Assembly (NCBI GenBank): GCA_963924565.1
Contig: OZ004607.1
Coordinates: forward strand, 2,728,001 to 2,792,000
Length of the DNA stretch: 64,000 nt
Origin: Ascidiella aspersa
Lineage: Eukaryota
Direction of reading: 5' to 3'
Shown: piece after piece, positions 26,835-39,688 of the stretch
Layout of the letters: each line of letters begins with the position of its first letter
How positions within the stretch are numbered: the stretch's first letter is position 1
Position numbers and translations under genes: made by a program
The notes under the pieces: model-generated
The model's input: only the letters and a program-made list of their open reading frames with translations
Told to the model about the DNA's origin: nothing
Databases searched by the model: none

Positions 26835-27704
26835 TCATTTGTAAGGTTTTTCTCCAGTGTGAATTCTTTCGTGATATTTAAGATTTCCTGCCTGGTTAAA
26901 ACATTTTCCACAATATTTGCATTGAAAGGGTTTTTCTCCGGTGTGAATTCTTTCGTGATATTTAATATTTCCTGCCTGGTTAAAACATTTTCCACAATAT
27001 TTGCATTGAAAGGGTTTTTCTCCAGTGTGAATTCTTTCGTGATATTTAAGATTTCCTGCCCGGTTAAAACATTTTCCACAATATTTGCATTGAAAGGGTT
27101 TCACGCCAGTGTGAATCGTTTCATGATGTTTAAGGCTTGACCGTAAGCGAAAAAATGTGCCACATTCTTTGCACTCGTACGGTTTTTCCCCAGTGTGAAT
27201 TGTTTCGTGTCGTTTAAGACTTGAGGCAATGGCAAAGCTTTTTCCACAAAACTTGCAGTCATATGGTCTTTCCCCGGTGTGAATCCGTTCATGAATTTTA
27301 AGTTTTCCTGTATGGTTAAAACACTCTCCACAAACTTTGCATTTGTAAGGTTTCTCTCCAGTATGAATTCTTTCATGAACTTTTAGATCTCCTGATCGAC
27401 TAAAAAACTTGCCACATTCTTTGCATCCGTATGGCTGTTCTCCAGTATGGATTCGTTGATGAATTTTGAGACTTCTTGCATTACTAAAATGCTTGCCACA
27501 TGCTTTGCACTTAAACAACCTTTCTCCAGTATGAATTCGCATATGAATTTCAAGTTCAGAATTAACTCCACATAATTTCCCACAAATTTGGCATTTGTGT
27601 TTCTTGAAGTGAACTCTTGCCAAATGCTGTTTTAGTTCGTAGTGTCTTTTAAAACACTTTTCGCAAATGTGACACCGGAACTCAGTATTCTGTGTTGATA
27701 GCAT
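26835..27704 (-). CDS. C2H2 zinc-finger cluster gene 5, 10 fingers; N-terminal motif cut off, 11th finger after a premature stop (possible pseudogene)
   Basis: 289-aa ORF starting [11 protein letters not shown]. An upstream remnant (EESDCESDLD) is separated by a stop. TGA sits at a Cys position (26835-26837), and the frame continues through one more finger to 26766. Confidence 0.75.
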   Translation of the reverse strand: MLSTQNTEFRCHICEKCFKRHYELKQHLARVHFKKHKCQICGKLCGVNSELEIHMRIHTGERLFKCKACGKHFSNARSLKIHQRIHTGEQPYGCKECGKFFSRSGDLKVHERIHTGEKPYKCKVCGECFNHTGKLKIHERIHTGERPYDCKFCGKSFAIASSLKRHETIHTGEKPYECKECGTFFRLRSSLKHHETIHTGVKPFQCKYCGKCFNRAGNLKYHERIHTGEKPFQCKYCGKCFNQAGNIKYHERIHTGEKPFQCKYCGKCFNQAGNLKYHERIHTGEKPYK

Positions 27705-28089
27705 GTTTTTTAATCTTTACTGGTATTTGTTCGATCCAAATCGCTTTCACAATCGGACTCTTCACTTGCAGGTTGACGTTCTTGTGGTGAACAATCTCTA
27801 TTTCCCTTTTTAGCACGAAACTTTCATTTGACGATCCTAAACCAAACCTTATGTTAAACCAACGCCCTTAATAATAAAGTTGCAGTTCCAATTTGGCTTT
27901 CCTGACAGCAATTAACAGCAGTAAATACTTATGTCATGCTTTTCAACCAATAAAATAAAGATATATAATGTTTAAAAGCCGTTAGGACTTAGTTAGCATT
28001 GCTGGTAAATTATTCTAATCGAAACATATATACTTATACTTAAATGTTTCCTATACTTATTCTCAATATACATTTATTTACAGTAACTA

Positions 28090-28350
28090 GTCAGCACAGC
28101 CTTTTACAGTAAACACCACTCAGTCCAGATACTAGTATGACGTTAAACATATTTTGTTGGTTAGTTTTAGCGGGTCGAACGACAAGATGCTTCCTGCTCA
28201 GGGAAACGAGAGCTAATTGTCCTGGCGCGGGGATTAACAAAGCGGCGAACAATGCATGGTAAGTCAGGATAACGACGGTTCGATCCACGCAACGCTGCTG
28301 CTAGCAGAGTGTTATTTATCACAGCTGTGAATAAGATTAGACGCTTGTAC
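28090..28350. repeat. Second copy of the conserved element at 13058-13400
   Basis: Shared gggtcgaacgacaagatgcttcctg...ggattaacaaagcggcgaac...ggttcgatccacgcaacgctgctgctagcagagtgttatttatc. Confidence 0.7.
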
Positions 28351-29265
28351 ATTTGATGATGTCTTGAGATTTAGATTATTTAAAAGTGTCAAACAGTTAT
28401 CAATCCTCTACCTACCACATAAAAGAGCCGTTTCTAAACTAAACCTCGTAACATTATATTAAGGGGTGTTTAACTAAAAGGCTTGTATAACTCTATACAA
28501 CACTACTACTGTCGGTGCTGCATTTATTATTGGCTGACAATCAGGATTTGTCGCTGAGTAGCGATAATTTTCTTCCAAAACCAACGCGTTTTCCGATGAA
28601 GTGTTACCATTCAATAAGAACGCATTTTGACAGCAAAATAAAATTACAAAAAGCGCAAAGAAATTACAAAATCCTTTCACCTGACATTATATATAACATC
28701 TCATAAAAATCATTAGACTCTGCCAGAAAACCGTAAGCGATTGTTCGCTCAAAAACAAATTTCCTGTAATTCTATAGATAAATCAACAATCACAATCGCC
28801 CTAGATCTATGACCTTTGAAATATTGAGGTTTGAATATCAAGTTAATTTTAACTGAGTATACAGTAACCAGAATGCATAACAAAAGTAAACAACAGAAAC
28901 CAGTCTATCAAAATTTTTACTTTCTTTAATTTATTGACGCAACTCTAGTTTAAAACTTCGGAATATCTGAGATATTTCCACTCATGTTTCTTTTTAAATG
29001 TCAATTCCTGTTTTGTTTTATTTGCGAAACTTCTTCCACAAACCTCGGATGCGTGTTTGCATGTTTAGTTTGGTATTATTACCTTTATATGTGCGTCTAA
29101 CACTTTGAACATATCGCAAAAAACAGCATTGCGACGGGAAAAAAACAAGATTGAAAAAATATTTGATAAGTTAGAGGATATTAAATACTGACAGTTTGGG
29201 TGGGTAAATGCAGAATCCTAATACTTTACCGCAGGGGTCCGTTTTTAAAGTGTGTTGACGTAAGC

Positions 29266-29807
29266 CAGGGTTCGGCAACCTCCGGCCTCTTTGACAAACT
29301 AGACACGAGTCTATTCACATACTTTTTGACTATTCTAACTACAAAAGTGCTAAATATTGTGTGATCCTTGCACGTCCGATTTGTTTACGTTTTGATGCTG
29401 TCTATTGAACTAGATGCGCGCTTCTTTACCGTTGCGCCGTGAAAGGCTGTCAAGTGCGTCGCCGACAAACAGAAAATGTATTCAAAAATATTGGACATAT
29501 ATTTTTTGACATTTGCGCCCGGACTTAAAAAGGTTAACAAACACTATTAACTATTGAGGTTATCGGATTTCTTCAAAGTAGTTTTTTAAACCAAACAAAA
29601 GCTTTCTTTGCGCTTTGTGCCAACACTTTACTACCTCCTGATGTAATTAAACACATTTTTAAATGCAAAAAAGATCCGAGGCCTACCTAATTGACAGATG
29701 TTCTAACATTTTAATAAGAAAAATTTTAGTTATCATTTTGTGCGACCCGCAGAGAACATTCTGAGTTTGGTTTTGGCCCGCGACTAGAGAAAGGTTGCCG
29801 ACCCCTA
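29266..29807. mobile_element. hAT MITE
   Basis: cagggttcggcaacct / aggttgccgacccct. TSD acgtaagc/atgtaaac (6/8). Related to 32515-32940. Confidence 0.75.
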
Positions 29808-30669
29808 ATGTAAACTGTCGCCACTGTATTTCTAAGTTGTTCGCACATATATTTATGTATTTTTCGGTGGTTTTTAGTGTGGCCTGTTCCCACCATCCAA
29901 CAGATATATACATTTTAAAAAGAAAATAAATTATAAGTACAAATGGTGTTTTTATAGTACCAATTGGGCAAGCGGGATTGGTTTGACAAAAAGGACAAAA
30001 AATGTAAAAACTAATCAAACTGTAAATGTAAACAAGGCTGGTTAAAGGAAAAAAAACTAGATCAACATTTAAACCTTAACTGCTCAGTTCCAATAAATAT
30101 GAAAAACGAAATGCAAAGGTAATTGGTGTATTGCTAGAACACAATAACATTGTACGGTGTGTTTCTCTTATATATTACATCAATAAGTCATCTCATATCA
30201 AATAAAACAACAGAGTAATAAAATACAGATGAAAAATCGATAAACCGTTGCACTCTAAAACTATACATCAACAAGAATTGATATATTTTATTACAAATTT
30301 TGTCGGTGCTAAAATGTTTGGCCGTTTGGGGACACCAAACTGTATTATTGGATTATTATTGTTGGTTAAAAAACATTTTTTCACATTAGTCAGTATAAAA
30401 CTCATATCAACTATACCTATAATAAAGATAAGCAATTGCACTTGTGTGTTCAAAGGTCGCGAAAAAAATACATTTTCATTATAATAAGTTATGTGACTGC
30501 CTAATTAGCAAAACGTGATTAATATTATTTACAATTATTTTTTATAGTGTGTCTAAGAGGTTTTATATCCGCAATTTACATGCATATAATTAATATCTTT
30601 ATATTTAAAATAATATTTTTGACATAATCACTAATTGTAAAACAATCTATTTTGTATTTAAAAAAAGTT

Positions 30670-31665
30670 TTATGCAGCGTGAGTTTTTTTATGCCATTTG
30701 AGGTATGAAGATCTAGAATAGCATTTTCCACATTCTTTGCACAAATATCCGTTTTCTCTGTCGTGGGTTGTTGTATGATTTCTGAGTGTTGCTGAATGGG
30801 TAAAACATTTTCCACAAACTTGACAGACATACGGTTTTTCACCAGTGTGAATTCTTTCATGTTCTTTGAGATCTCCTGGACGCAAAAAACGTTTGCCACA
30901 AACTTTGCATTCGTGAGGTTGTTCTCCAGTATGGATTCCTGTGTGTATTTTCAAGGCACTTAATTGTTGAAAACTTTTAGAGCAATAAGTACATTTTAAA
31001 AGTTTTTCCCCATTGTGAATCTTTGTGTGTATTTCTAAGGTGCCTGATTGTTGAAAACTTTTAGGGGAATAAGTACATTTGAAAGATTTTTCTCCAGTGT
31101 GAGTTCGCATGTGGTTTTCAAGTTCGTTCTTTCTCCCAAAAAGTTTTCCACAAACCTCGCATTTGTGTTTCTTGAAGTGAATCCTGGCCAAATGTAATTT
31201 GAGCACTTCGCGCGTTTTGAAACACTTTTCGCAAACGTGGCATCGAAACTCTAAGCTTTGATTTGTTTGAGTGTGAATTGCCATGTGATACTTAAAATTA
31301 CTTAATGTTCCGAACACTTTTCCACAAATCTTACATTTGTGCTTCTTGAAATGGACAACGGACAAATGTTGATTAAGCACGCGACGTTCGATGAATAACT
31401 TTCCACAAATGTTACACCGGATCTCTATGTTTTTACAACTATGTTTAAACTTTAGTCTGTTAGATGAAATATCTACGCTTTTGTTTTTCTTAGAAGTATC
31501 CATTTGATCCGAGTCACTTTGTTTTTCACAATCGGACTCTGCACTTACAGGTTGATTTTCTTGTGATGACCAATCTGTTATCGTGTCAACAGAATCATCA
31601 GAAAATCCTTCATCGCTCTCTTTTGTCAGTTTGATCATTTCAAAATCGGTTTGATGCTTTGACAT
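30670..31665 (-). CDS. C2H2 zinc-finger cluster gene 6, 331 aa, 9 fingers, with duplicated N-terminal finger pair
   Basis: Intact ORF with family motif. The RC..HFKKHKC module occurs twice. One finger is degenerate (CTYS). Confidence 0.9.
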   Translation of the reverse strand: MSKHQTDFEMIKLTKESDEGFSDDSVDTITDWSSQENQPVSAESDCEKQSDSDQMDTSKKNKSVDISSNRLKFKHSCKNIEIRCNICGKLFIERRVLNQHLSVVHFKKHKCKICGKVFGTLSNFKYHMAIHTQTNQSLEFRCHVCEKCFKTREVLKLHLARIHFKKHKCEVCGKLFGRKNELENHMRTHTGEKSFKCTYSPKSFQQSGTLEIHTKIHNGEKLLKCTYCSKSFQQLSALKIHTGIHTGEQPHECKVCGKRFLRPGDLKEHERIHTGEKPYVCQVCGKCFTHSATLRNHTTTHDRENGYLCKECGKCYSRSSYLKWHKKTHAA

Positions 31666-32514
31666 GTTTATTATCTCCTGAAAAATAGAAGTGTGCTAAA
31701 CTATCTTCATTCCTGGTTTATCAAATACCAGCACAACAAAGATGTTCGACATAACTTTATCACATTAAATTACGTTTAAATAGCGACATTAAAAAACTAT
31801 GTCCAAGGTACTGCATTACTATTGCTTAGCCATTGCGCCTGTGTAGCTACAACGCTTAATCATGAGCCCAAGTTTGACGCTACACACCGTATATCGTGTT
31901 CACAGTTTCTGATTTAGTGTTACTTATGCAACATAAATGCATAAAATGCATTAAGAAACACAAGGAAAATACAAAATAGCGACAACTGGCACTAATAAAT
32001 GAACTCAAAGATTTGATTGACACCTGTTTGCAATTAGACGAAGGCAAAAAGGGTATCAATAAAGCGTATTTTACAGCAATGCCAACACAATCGCGAGTAA
32101 TTGGCTATTTTAAGAAATTTTCACAAATATTATACAATCACAGTAACAGAATTATTTCGGGTATATTTAACTTTTAAACCTACTCTTTTTTAATGCTTTT
32201 ATTCAGGAACAAACTAAGAATTACTTTTAAACATAGAGATCACATCTAACAGGAGGATATATAGCGGTCATGTTCAAATGGCGGATCGCGATCCGGTTCC
32301 GGATCTTTTCAGCGTTTTGTGCGGACCTTCTAGTCTTAAAAAACAAACTTTCTACAGTGTTTTCATGTGAATACCAATTGCCAGTGTTAATGAATTTTGT
32401 AAAAATCAAGCATAGAAAGAAACTCCCAAATGCTAATCTTTGTAAGCGTTTGAGGATATCAGACAGCGACAGAAAACCCAAATTCGATGCTATTGTAAGA
32501 CCTAAAGTCTAAAA

Positions 32515-33070
32515 CGGGGGTTGGCAACCTACGACCCGCGGGCTGGATGCGCCGCGCCAATTGAATTCATTCGGCCCGCCGCCTCTTTGACAAACTAGAT
32601 ACGAGTCCATTTCAAATACTTTTTGACTATTTTAACTACGCAAGTGCAAAACATTTCCAGCTTCGCGCAAATCATCTCTCTACGCCCGGCTTGTTTACGT
32701 TTTGATGCGGTCTTTTGAACTAGATCAGCGCTTCGTTACCATTAATGGAAAACTTATTCAAAAATATTGGACATATATATTTTTTAACATTTTGTATTTC
32801 TGGCAATGTAATAAAAACTTGAAAGAAATTTAAAAGAAATGCCGGTATACCTAAAAAAAATCGCGCTCGCTTCGCTCGCCACGTGCGCCCTGACTTAGAA
32901 AGGTTAACAAACACTAAACGAGATTAACTATTAAAGTTATCGCGTTTACATAAATTAAGCACCATAAAAATTAAAGCGTGTCCAACTTGTTTACTATCCT
33001 ATTTGGTGGCTCATCATGTTGTCAGGTTTGGCTGTGTTGGATCATGGCAGAAATCATTTGAACACCCCTG
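32515..33070. mobile_element. hAT MITE relic, same family as 29266-29807
   Basis: cgggggttggcaacct start. Shares gcctctttgacaaactaga...aaggttaacaaacact with the 29266 copy. Right end (tttgaacacccctg) is uncertain and has no matching TSD. Confidence 0.6.
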
Positions 33071-35143
33071 GTATATAGATTACCAAATTTTTGACATGGT
33101 TGACTGTGCTAAATAGATATCTTACCTATAGTACCCACGGAACCTAACTAAACGACGTGAAATAAAGTTGTTAAATCGCCTGATTTTACAGTAATCATAC
33201 GACCAAAGTTGACTATTAAAGAAACCTTATGTTGCTCTTCAACAAATCCTTACTGGCTGCATAATGTAACTCGCCAAATCAGTCTGTTTTACTTTTAACT
33301 GGTTCTTAATTTCAAATAAATCAGGGCTATATGACACAAAGACCTTAACTAATACAAAAGTTTACTTTAAAAATATGTTGTACTGCAAGAAACCCCTAGA
33401 ACGTGTTTTACTTTCGCGTATTCAGCTGACTTCACACCGACTTGTTAATGCTTTGCATTGGGCAGCGGGTGACGGTGTAAAATAATAAAGTCTGGTGCGG
33501 AAACTTAAATCCAGGCTGCCTTTTCCTACCAATGTTTTCTTACCAACAAATTATGCTTTTCCACAGAATGAGTAATTTTGACAAATCAGGTAATTTTTTT
33601 CTCTTTTAACGCTGAGATTGGTTTATTGTCTTCCCATTTCATTAGTGAAGCAATACATTGCATACGAGTAGAATAGAATTAGAGCACATAAGCAATTCAC
33701 AAATTAGATTAGAATTAGTCGCATTTTGCTCTACAGCAATTCGTTGAAATGGAAAACTAGTATTAGTTGTCCAGATCTGCCCTTAAGCCATGTAAGGCGA
33801 GTAGCGTGATAGTTTCAAAGCGGGGTGTCCCGAATTTTGAACTTAGGGAATTCCCCTATTTTTCGTTTGACATTAATGATTAATGACCTTATTAAACAGT
33901 GACGGATGTGACGTCATAAAATAGTGATCGTAAGACATACACAGGGAGCCAGTTACCAACACATTGTTTTCGCAAGTTAAAGTCAGGTGTAACTTGATAC
34001 AAGGCGTTTACGAAAATGGGTTCGCGGGTTTGTTAATGTTTAGAAAGGCGTTGTCCGTTAGCAAGCAAAACATGTGAGTTATATCAGTGCTAAATTGGAG
34101 GTTTTATCTTGTTTTAAAACATCCCCAATCAAATATTCAGAGAGTAAAACGAGCAGAAAATATTAATTTACGTGGGCAGTAAAAGCTGTGTCTATAAGGG
34201 CGGCGCATGTTTAAAGTACAAACTTCAACGTTCGTAGTGGCGCCGCTTTAACCAACAACGAAGACGTTTCACGCTCTGTTTGCGTCGCGATCGCTGAGCG
34301 AGACTACAGAAATTAAAGGCACCTAACTTAAAACGACTGGTTAAGCTGCTATTGTAGGGGTCTTAGACTTATAAAAACACAAGGATTTTGGGGATGACGT
34401 GACGTCATATATTGACAACAATCAGACTTAAGAAAAAAGAAACCTGCTGGTTTTTTTTCTACAACAAATGTAAAGCTTTTTGCATTTTTACGAAGACCCA
34501 TTAATGTATTGAAAGCAGAAATCAGACGAATTTCCCAGGCTTGCTTCTTTAGCCAAGGATTATTTGCGATTGCGACTCAGCTCCGTCAGAAAGAGTTTTT
34601 TTCAAATGCGAGCAACTTTTATACGGCAATAGGAAATTGACTGGGGTTAGAAACTATTCGCAGCCTATAATGTCCATAAAGTGCAATCCAACAGATTTTA
34701 AGAAAGTGAAAACGTAAATACAAACCAAAATGTAATAATTTCTAACTAATTAATAAAATGTTTTGCTTACGAGTAATTGTAATTAGTAATATTTTTTAAA
34801 TACGTGGCTGTTCGGAAAAGGCATCACTTTATTGTATTTGCAAATGTAATTGTAATTGTAATGTAATTGAAAGATTTAAGGGAGTAATTGTAATTGAACT
34901 GAATTAATATAATTGATTCAACTCTGATTTAGACAGGTTCAAATTTAAAAATATTACGAAACCAATAAGCATGTCCCACAATAATTAAATTCGAACTGTT
35001 TTTTTAGTTTGCTTACAAAAAGTTCATCGAAAGGGTCGCCCAAAATTCGTTGTAACACTCAAGCTTTTAGTTTTTGGGCCGCCGGGAGACAGGTCAAGAA
35101 ACCTTGCTTTAATTAGGTGATGCTAGGGTGTAAAGGACTACAA

Positions 35144-35618
35144 CAGTGGTCGGCAAACTGTGTGCGGCGGCCCAAATGTGGACCGCAGAACCATTTTTAG
35201 TGGGCCGCGAGTTACTTTCGAATACATTAGGGTTATCATGTTGTTGTGGGCCGCGTGATAGCCGTTAATTTATTGCACTTTTTCCAAACTTCGCGTGTCT
35301 AGGAATTGTTATATTGTCTCAGCGTGGTTTAGACCCACGTGCCAAATGTGGTCCTGAAAGCCAGTACAACTATATTTTCTGTTAAACAATTATGTGTAAA
35401 CTCAAATTTTTTCGCGCCAAGCGCGTATATTTTGCGTTTTACACTATGTTTTACGTTATGCCATGGCAGTATTTTGACATCAGGGCTTAGTGTAGTATTT
35501 TACCTTAAGACAATTATCCTGAATCCGCCACTGTTTTCGTAGTGGTTTTACGTGGTGGGCCTTCAAGATTTCTGAAAATGGTGCTTTGGGCCGCGACATA
35601 AAAGTTTGCCGACCACTG
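35144..35618. mobile_element. Young hAT MITE just upstream of ZNF gene 7
   Basis: Perfect 16-bp TIR cagtggtcggcaaact / agtttgccgaccactg. Perfect TSD gactacaa. Confidence 0.93.
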
Positions 35619-35935
35619 GACTACAATAACGACAGTGTTGTTTGTGCGCAAGACAAAAAAAACAAGTTTGTAGGGCAGACACAACTGTTTGAATTGGCAA
35701 CACAGCAGTTTATCACGTGGTAGCAATAGACAAAGAGAAATACAAGAAAATAGACGGCCCTGAGTCGGCCTTTGTTGCACTTTAGGGATTTGAAACGGTT
35801 CGTAATTATGATCCCACTTAAACGCTCACATATGTTCGTGTTGTGGCATTTGTTTGTTCATCTTCGTAACATTGCTTTGATACGACCGGGATAATGAAGT
35901 TGAGCTAATTTTTTCTCATTTTTAGAAATTCAAAA

Positions 35936-37263
35936 ATGTCTATTTATCAAATCCAACATGAAACGACAGAATTAAACAAACTTAGCGATTGTGAATTTTC
36001 TGATAATTCAGTTACAACGATTACTGATTGGTCATCACAAGAACATCAACCCGTAAATGAAGAGTCCGATTGTGAAGAACAAAGTGGCTTGGATCAAGTA
36101 AACCAACAACAAACGGAAGAAATTAAGGACCTTGCAACAAGACAAAAATCATTTAAGAACAAAAACCACAACAATACGGAGTTCCGATGTCACATTTGTG
36201 AAAAGCTGTTCAAAAAGCGCCACATGCTCAATAAACATTTGTCCACAGTTCACTTCAAGAAACACAAATGCGAGACTTGTGGAAAACTGTTTGGTAATAG
36301 TTCTCATCTTAAACTTCACATAAAAATTCATACTGGAGAAAAACCGCACAAATGTGGATATTGCCCTAAACGTTTCAGTTCAGAACAAGACCTGAAACAA
36401 CACGAACGAATTCACACTGGGGAAAAACCTTACGAATGCAAAGTTTGCAAAAAACGTTTCTCAAACTTCGGCAACTTTAAAGTTCATGAAAGGACCCATA
36501 CTGGTGAAAAACGGTTCCATTGCAAAATTTGTGGAAATTTTTTTACCCACTCAGGAAGTCTAAGAATTCATGCGAGATTCCACACCGGGGAAAAACCATG
36601 TAAGTGCAAAGAATGTGGAAAATATTTAGCCAGGCTGGAGATGTTGAAAAACATAAATTACTCCACACCGGGGAAAGGCCATTTAGTTGCAAAGCATGTG
36701 GAAAAGGGTTTACAATATTATCAAATCTTATACAACATGAACGAACTCACACTGGAGAAAAGCCTTACGCATGCAAAGTTTGTGGGAAATATTTTGCGGA
36801 CAAAGGATATCTTAAAAAACATGCTAGGACTCATACTGGTGAAAAACCCTACAAATGCAAAGTTTGTGAAAAATGCTTTAGCATGTCTACTGATCTAAAA
36901 AATCATGAAAGAACCCACACTGGAGAAAAACCTTTTAAATGTAAAGTTTGTGGAAAATATTTTAGATGGTCAAGTAATCTTAAAGTCCATTCAAGGACCC
37001 ATACTGGAGAAAAACCTTTCAAATGTAAATTTTGTGGAAACGATTATAGCAATGCCAATAATTACAAAGTCCATCTAAGGAATCATACTGGAGAAAAACC
37101 TTTTGAATGCAAGGTTTGTGGGAAATATTTTGCGGACAAAGGATATCTTAAAAACCATGCTAGGACTCACACCGGGGAAAAACCATTTAAGTGCAAATTT
37201 TGTGAAAAATGTTTTACTCGTGCACTAAATCGTAACACCAACCAACAAAGTCACACTGGTTAA
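35936..37263 (+). pseudogene. C2H2 zinc-finger cluster gene 7 (inverted orientation, ~13 fingers), single 1-bp frameshift
   Basis: ORFs 35936-36898 and 36604-37263 join if one T is added at 36623-36627 (CGKY-FSQAGDVEKH). Could be a true lesion or a homopolymer assembly error. Confidence 0.75.
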
Positions 37264-37493
37264 TGCCCTACATAATTATGTCAAGTTTGTGGAAACGTTT
37301 TAACCTGCGCAGCAACTTTTAAACTTACGTAAAATAAAATCTTACACTGAAGAAATAAACCTTTTGAATGCAAGAATTATCAGAAATATGTTTGCCTATT
37401 TAGGAAACCTCCAACATACACGGCAAAGACTTTTATTAAAATAAACATGTGAAAAAACTTTGAACGACCTATAGTGTATTAAAGCGATTATTT

Positions 37494-37903
37494 CAGGGTT
37501 GCCAGTTAACAAAAATAAAAAAGCTAAACTTACCTAAAAAATCCACTACAAACTCCAACAAGCCTATGTTTTTCCTTATATTAGTAAAAAATGTAATAAA
37601 TAACCATTCTTGTACATTGAATTTCATTTTTTGAGGCAAATTTTCTCAATTTTTTGTCGCTTTTTGTAAAATTATTTTGGCATTTTTTTCTCTTTTTGTA
37701 TTTTTTTTTGTAATTTTTCTCTTTTTGTGTTAGTTTGATCTCTTCTTAAGATAAAAGTCATGAAAGTTTTGAATAAAACAAAAAAAGCCTAAAAAAACAA
37801 ATTCAATTTGGATTTTTTTTTGGAAAAAATAAAATTCAAAAAGGGGTCAAAAAACGCCTAAATTTTCAAATTTGGCTTTAAAAAATCCTAACTGGCAACC
37901 CTG
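37494..37903. mobile_element. hAT-like MITE (CAGGGTTGCCA termini)
   Basis: TIR cagggttgccagtta / taactggcaaccctg. Imperfect 8-bp TSD gattattt/gatttttc. Confidence 0.8.
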
Positions 37904-39688
37904 GATTTTTCGCATAAACTAAAAAACATGTGACCATTACAAGATATTTAAACTCATGTGAAACAGCATTTAACCTACTACTATTTTAGAAGATTTTGGA
38001 ATACTGCATCCTCGGTTGTTCAACATGGATTCTTTGTCCTAATTTAAATTCATTTATCTATACGCAAATGTTGTTTAGTATCAAATAACGAGTTGTATAA
38101 TTACATCTGTATACATGTGTCCAAGGCTTAAGTGATGCATCGACTTTTTTGTTTATTCAACATATCGACATTTTTGCGTAAATAATATACACTTACAGTC
38201 GTTATTCCATTGTATCCAGAATCACACCATAGATCGTACCTTGGCGGTAACCAAATATTACCTAAAGTAACTGGAATTTGAAATAAAAATGCAACAAATA
38301 TACTTTTACATTCACAGTCGTTCTGTTATGGGATTTCACCACTTTTCTTTTTAATCAATTTCATAACTATTATCTGAGAAACACTTTTTTCTCTGATAGC
38401 AAATCGAAACAACACAGCTCTGTATTTACTGAATAAAAGGTAAAGTACTTACTGAATAAAAGGTAAAGTAAATACTGTCCAAAAGTAGTAAAACTACATT
38501 ATTGTATAGCAAACGTAATATTAACTACATGGTTTGTGACGTAACAATGTATGATAACTAAAGGTATCGCGTGCCTGTGCTCGACTGTTGTGGTACTGCT
38601 CATAAATGCTAAAAAACAAAGTATTACGAGTAAAATATTTATAAATTTTGGGGTCATGGCCCCTCAGCTCTCTGGCTACGCCTATGTGCTGATTTCGAAA
38701 ATAATGATCAGGGTAATTTTTTCGTAAAATCCAATTCAATATTTTGACTGCAAAGAAATTACTTGAGTGGCTAGACTAGGCCTGGAATTTGACTGGGAAT
38801 TTGTTCGTTTTAAAATGCCTTGTTCAAACCCTGCTAACATGATAACAGTTAAAAATTAAACATATCCAATATTGGTACTTCATATCTCGGTAAAACCTTC
38901 TAGCAGGGGCGAAAGAAGAAAAAATTTTCTTACCAACGATATAAAATCTCGGACCGTCACGCATGACTTTTTAACAGATGACGTCGCAAAGTAACGTCAT
39001 ATAGAAACGTTAAAAACAAATTAAGAAACTGACGTTTTTAATCGATGTAGTGCACAAAGACGCAATTAAAATCCTAGGTTAAATATATTCAAGCAAATGA
39101 CCGAAAGACCAGGTAAAAGTTGCCTTTTTTTACAGTAACGGCGCACCCGCGAAAGTTGTTTTTATCCTTGACGGCGGCCCGTAAGCTAATATTTTAACAG
39201 AACGTCGTACCAGCTCTTTCCGGGTTACTTTCGTCACTGTTGCTTAATATACCCTACGCCACTATGTGGGACAGTGCTCCGTTTACTTGGTAGCCCCTGC
39301 TTAGGTGAAATCACGTTACCTTCATTAAATAAATTAGCTCAAGTTGGTTTCTTCCAGTAAAAATATTGAACAGGTATCAGTCGATATCACTGTGTTCACC
39401 TGATTAACCTGTTCGCGGGTACGGTAATAATAAACAGCGTTGTACATATTCGGGCGCAAAATCCAGGAACTTTTAAACGTCGTTACTAACAAAACGCTTT
39501 CTATTAACAAAGCTGGTCTTTAAACGGGTTATAATTCCAAGATAGCTCTAATATGCTTCGGACCGCCACAATAGACAGTTGATTTAAAATTTCATGAAAA
39601 AGAAACAGGTTGTATTGTATTTTTATAAAGTTTTGCAAAACTTGTTTTCATTTCGTAAACCCTTGTTGCCTTTATTTTCAGGATCGTT

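Noticed and set aside
26835-26837. In-frame TGA at a zinc-ligand Cys position, suggesting selenocysteine
   Set aside because: A single substitution from TGY explains it. Sister genes have analogous TAG/TAA stops, and I saw no SECIS-like hairpin.
34740-34930. gtaattgtaatt repeats, and similar gtatcgg/ccgatac repeats at 61245-61335
   Set aside because: Probably subterminal relics of DNA transposons, but no paired TIR or TSD could be defined, so they are not annotated.
36615-36635. Programmed ribosomal frameshift joining the two halves of ZNF gene 7
   Set aside because: No canonical slippery heptamer or stimulatory structure, and paralogs are continuous at this point.
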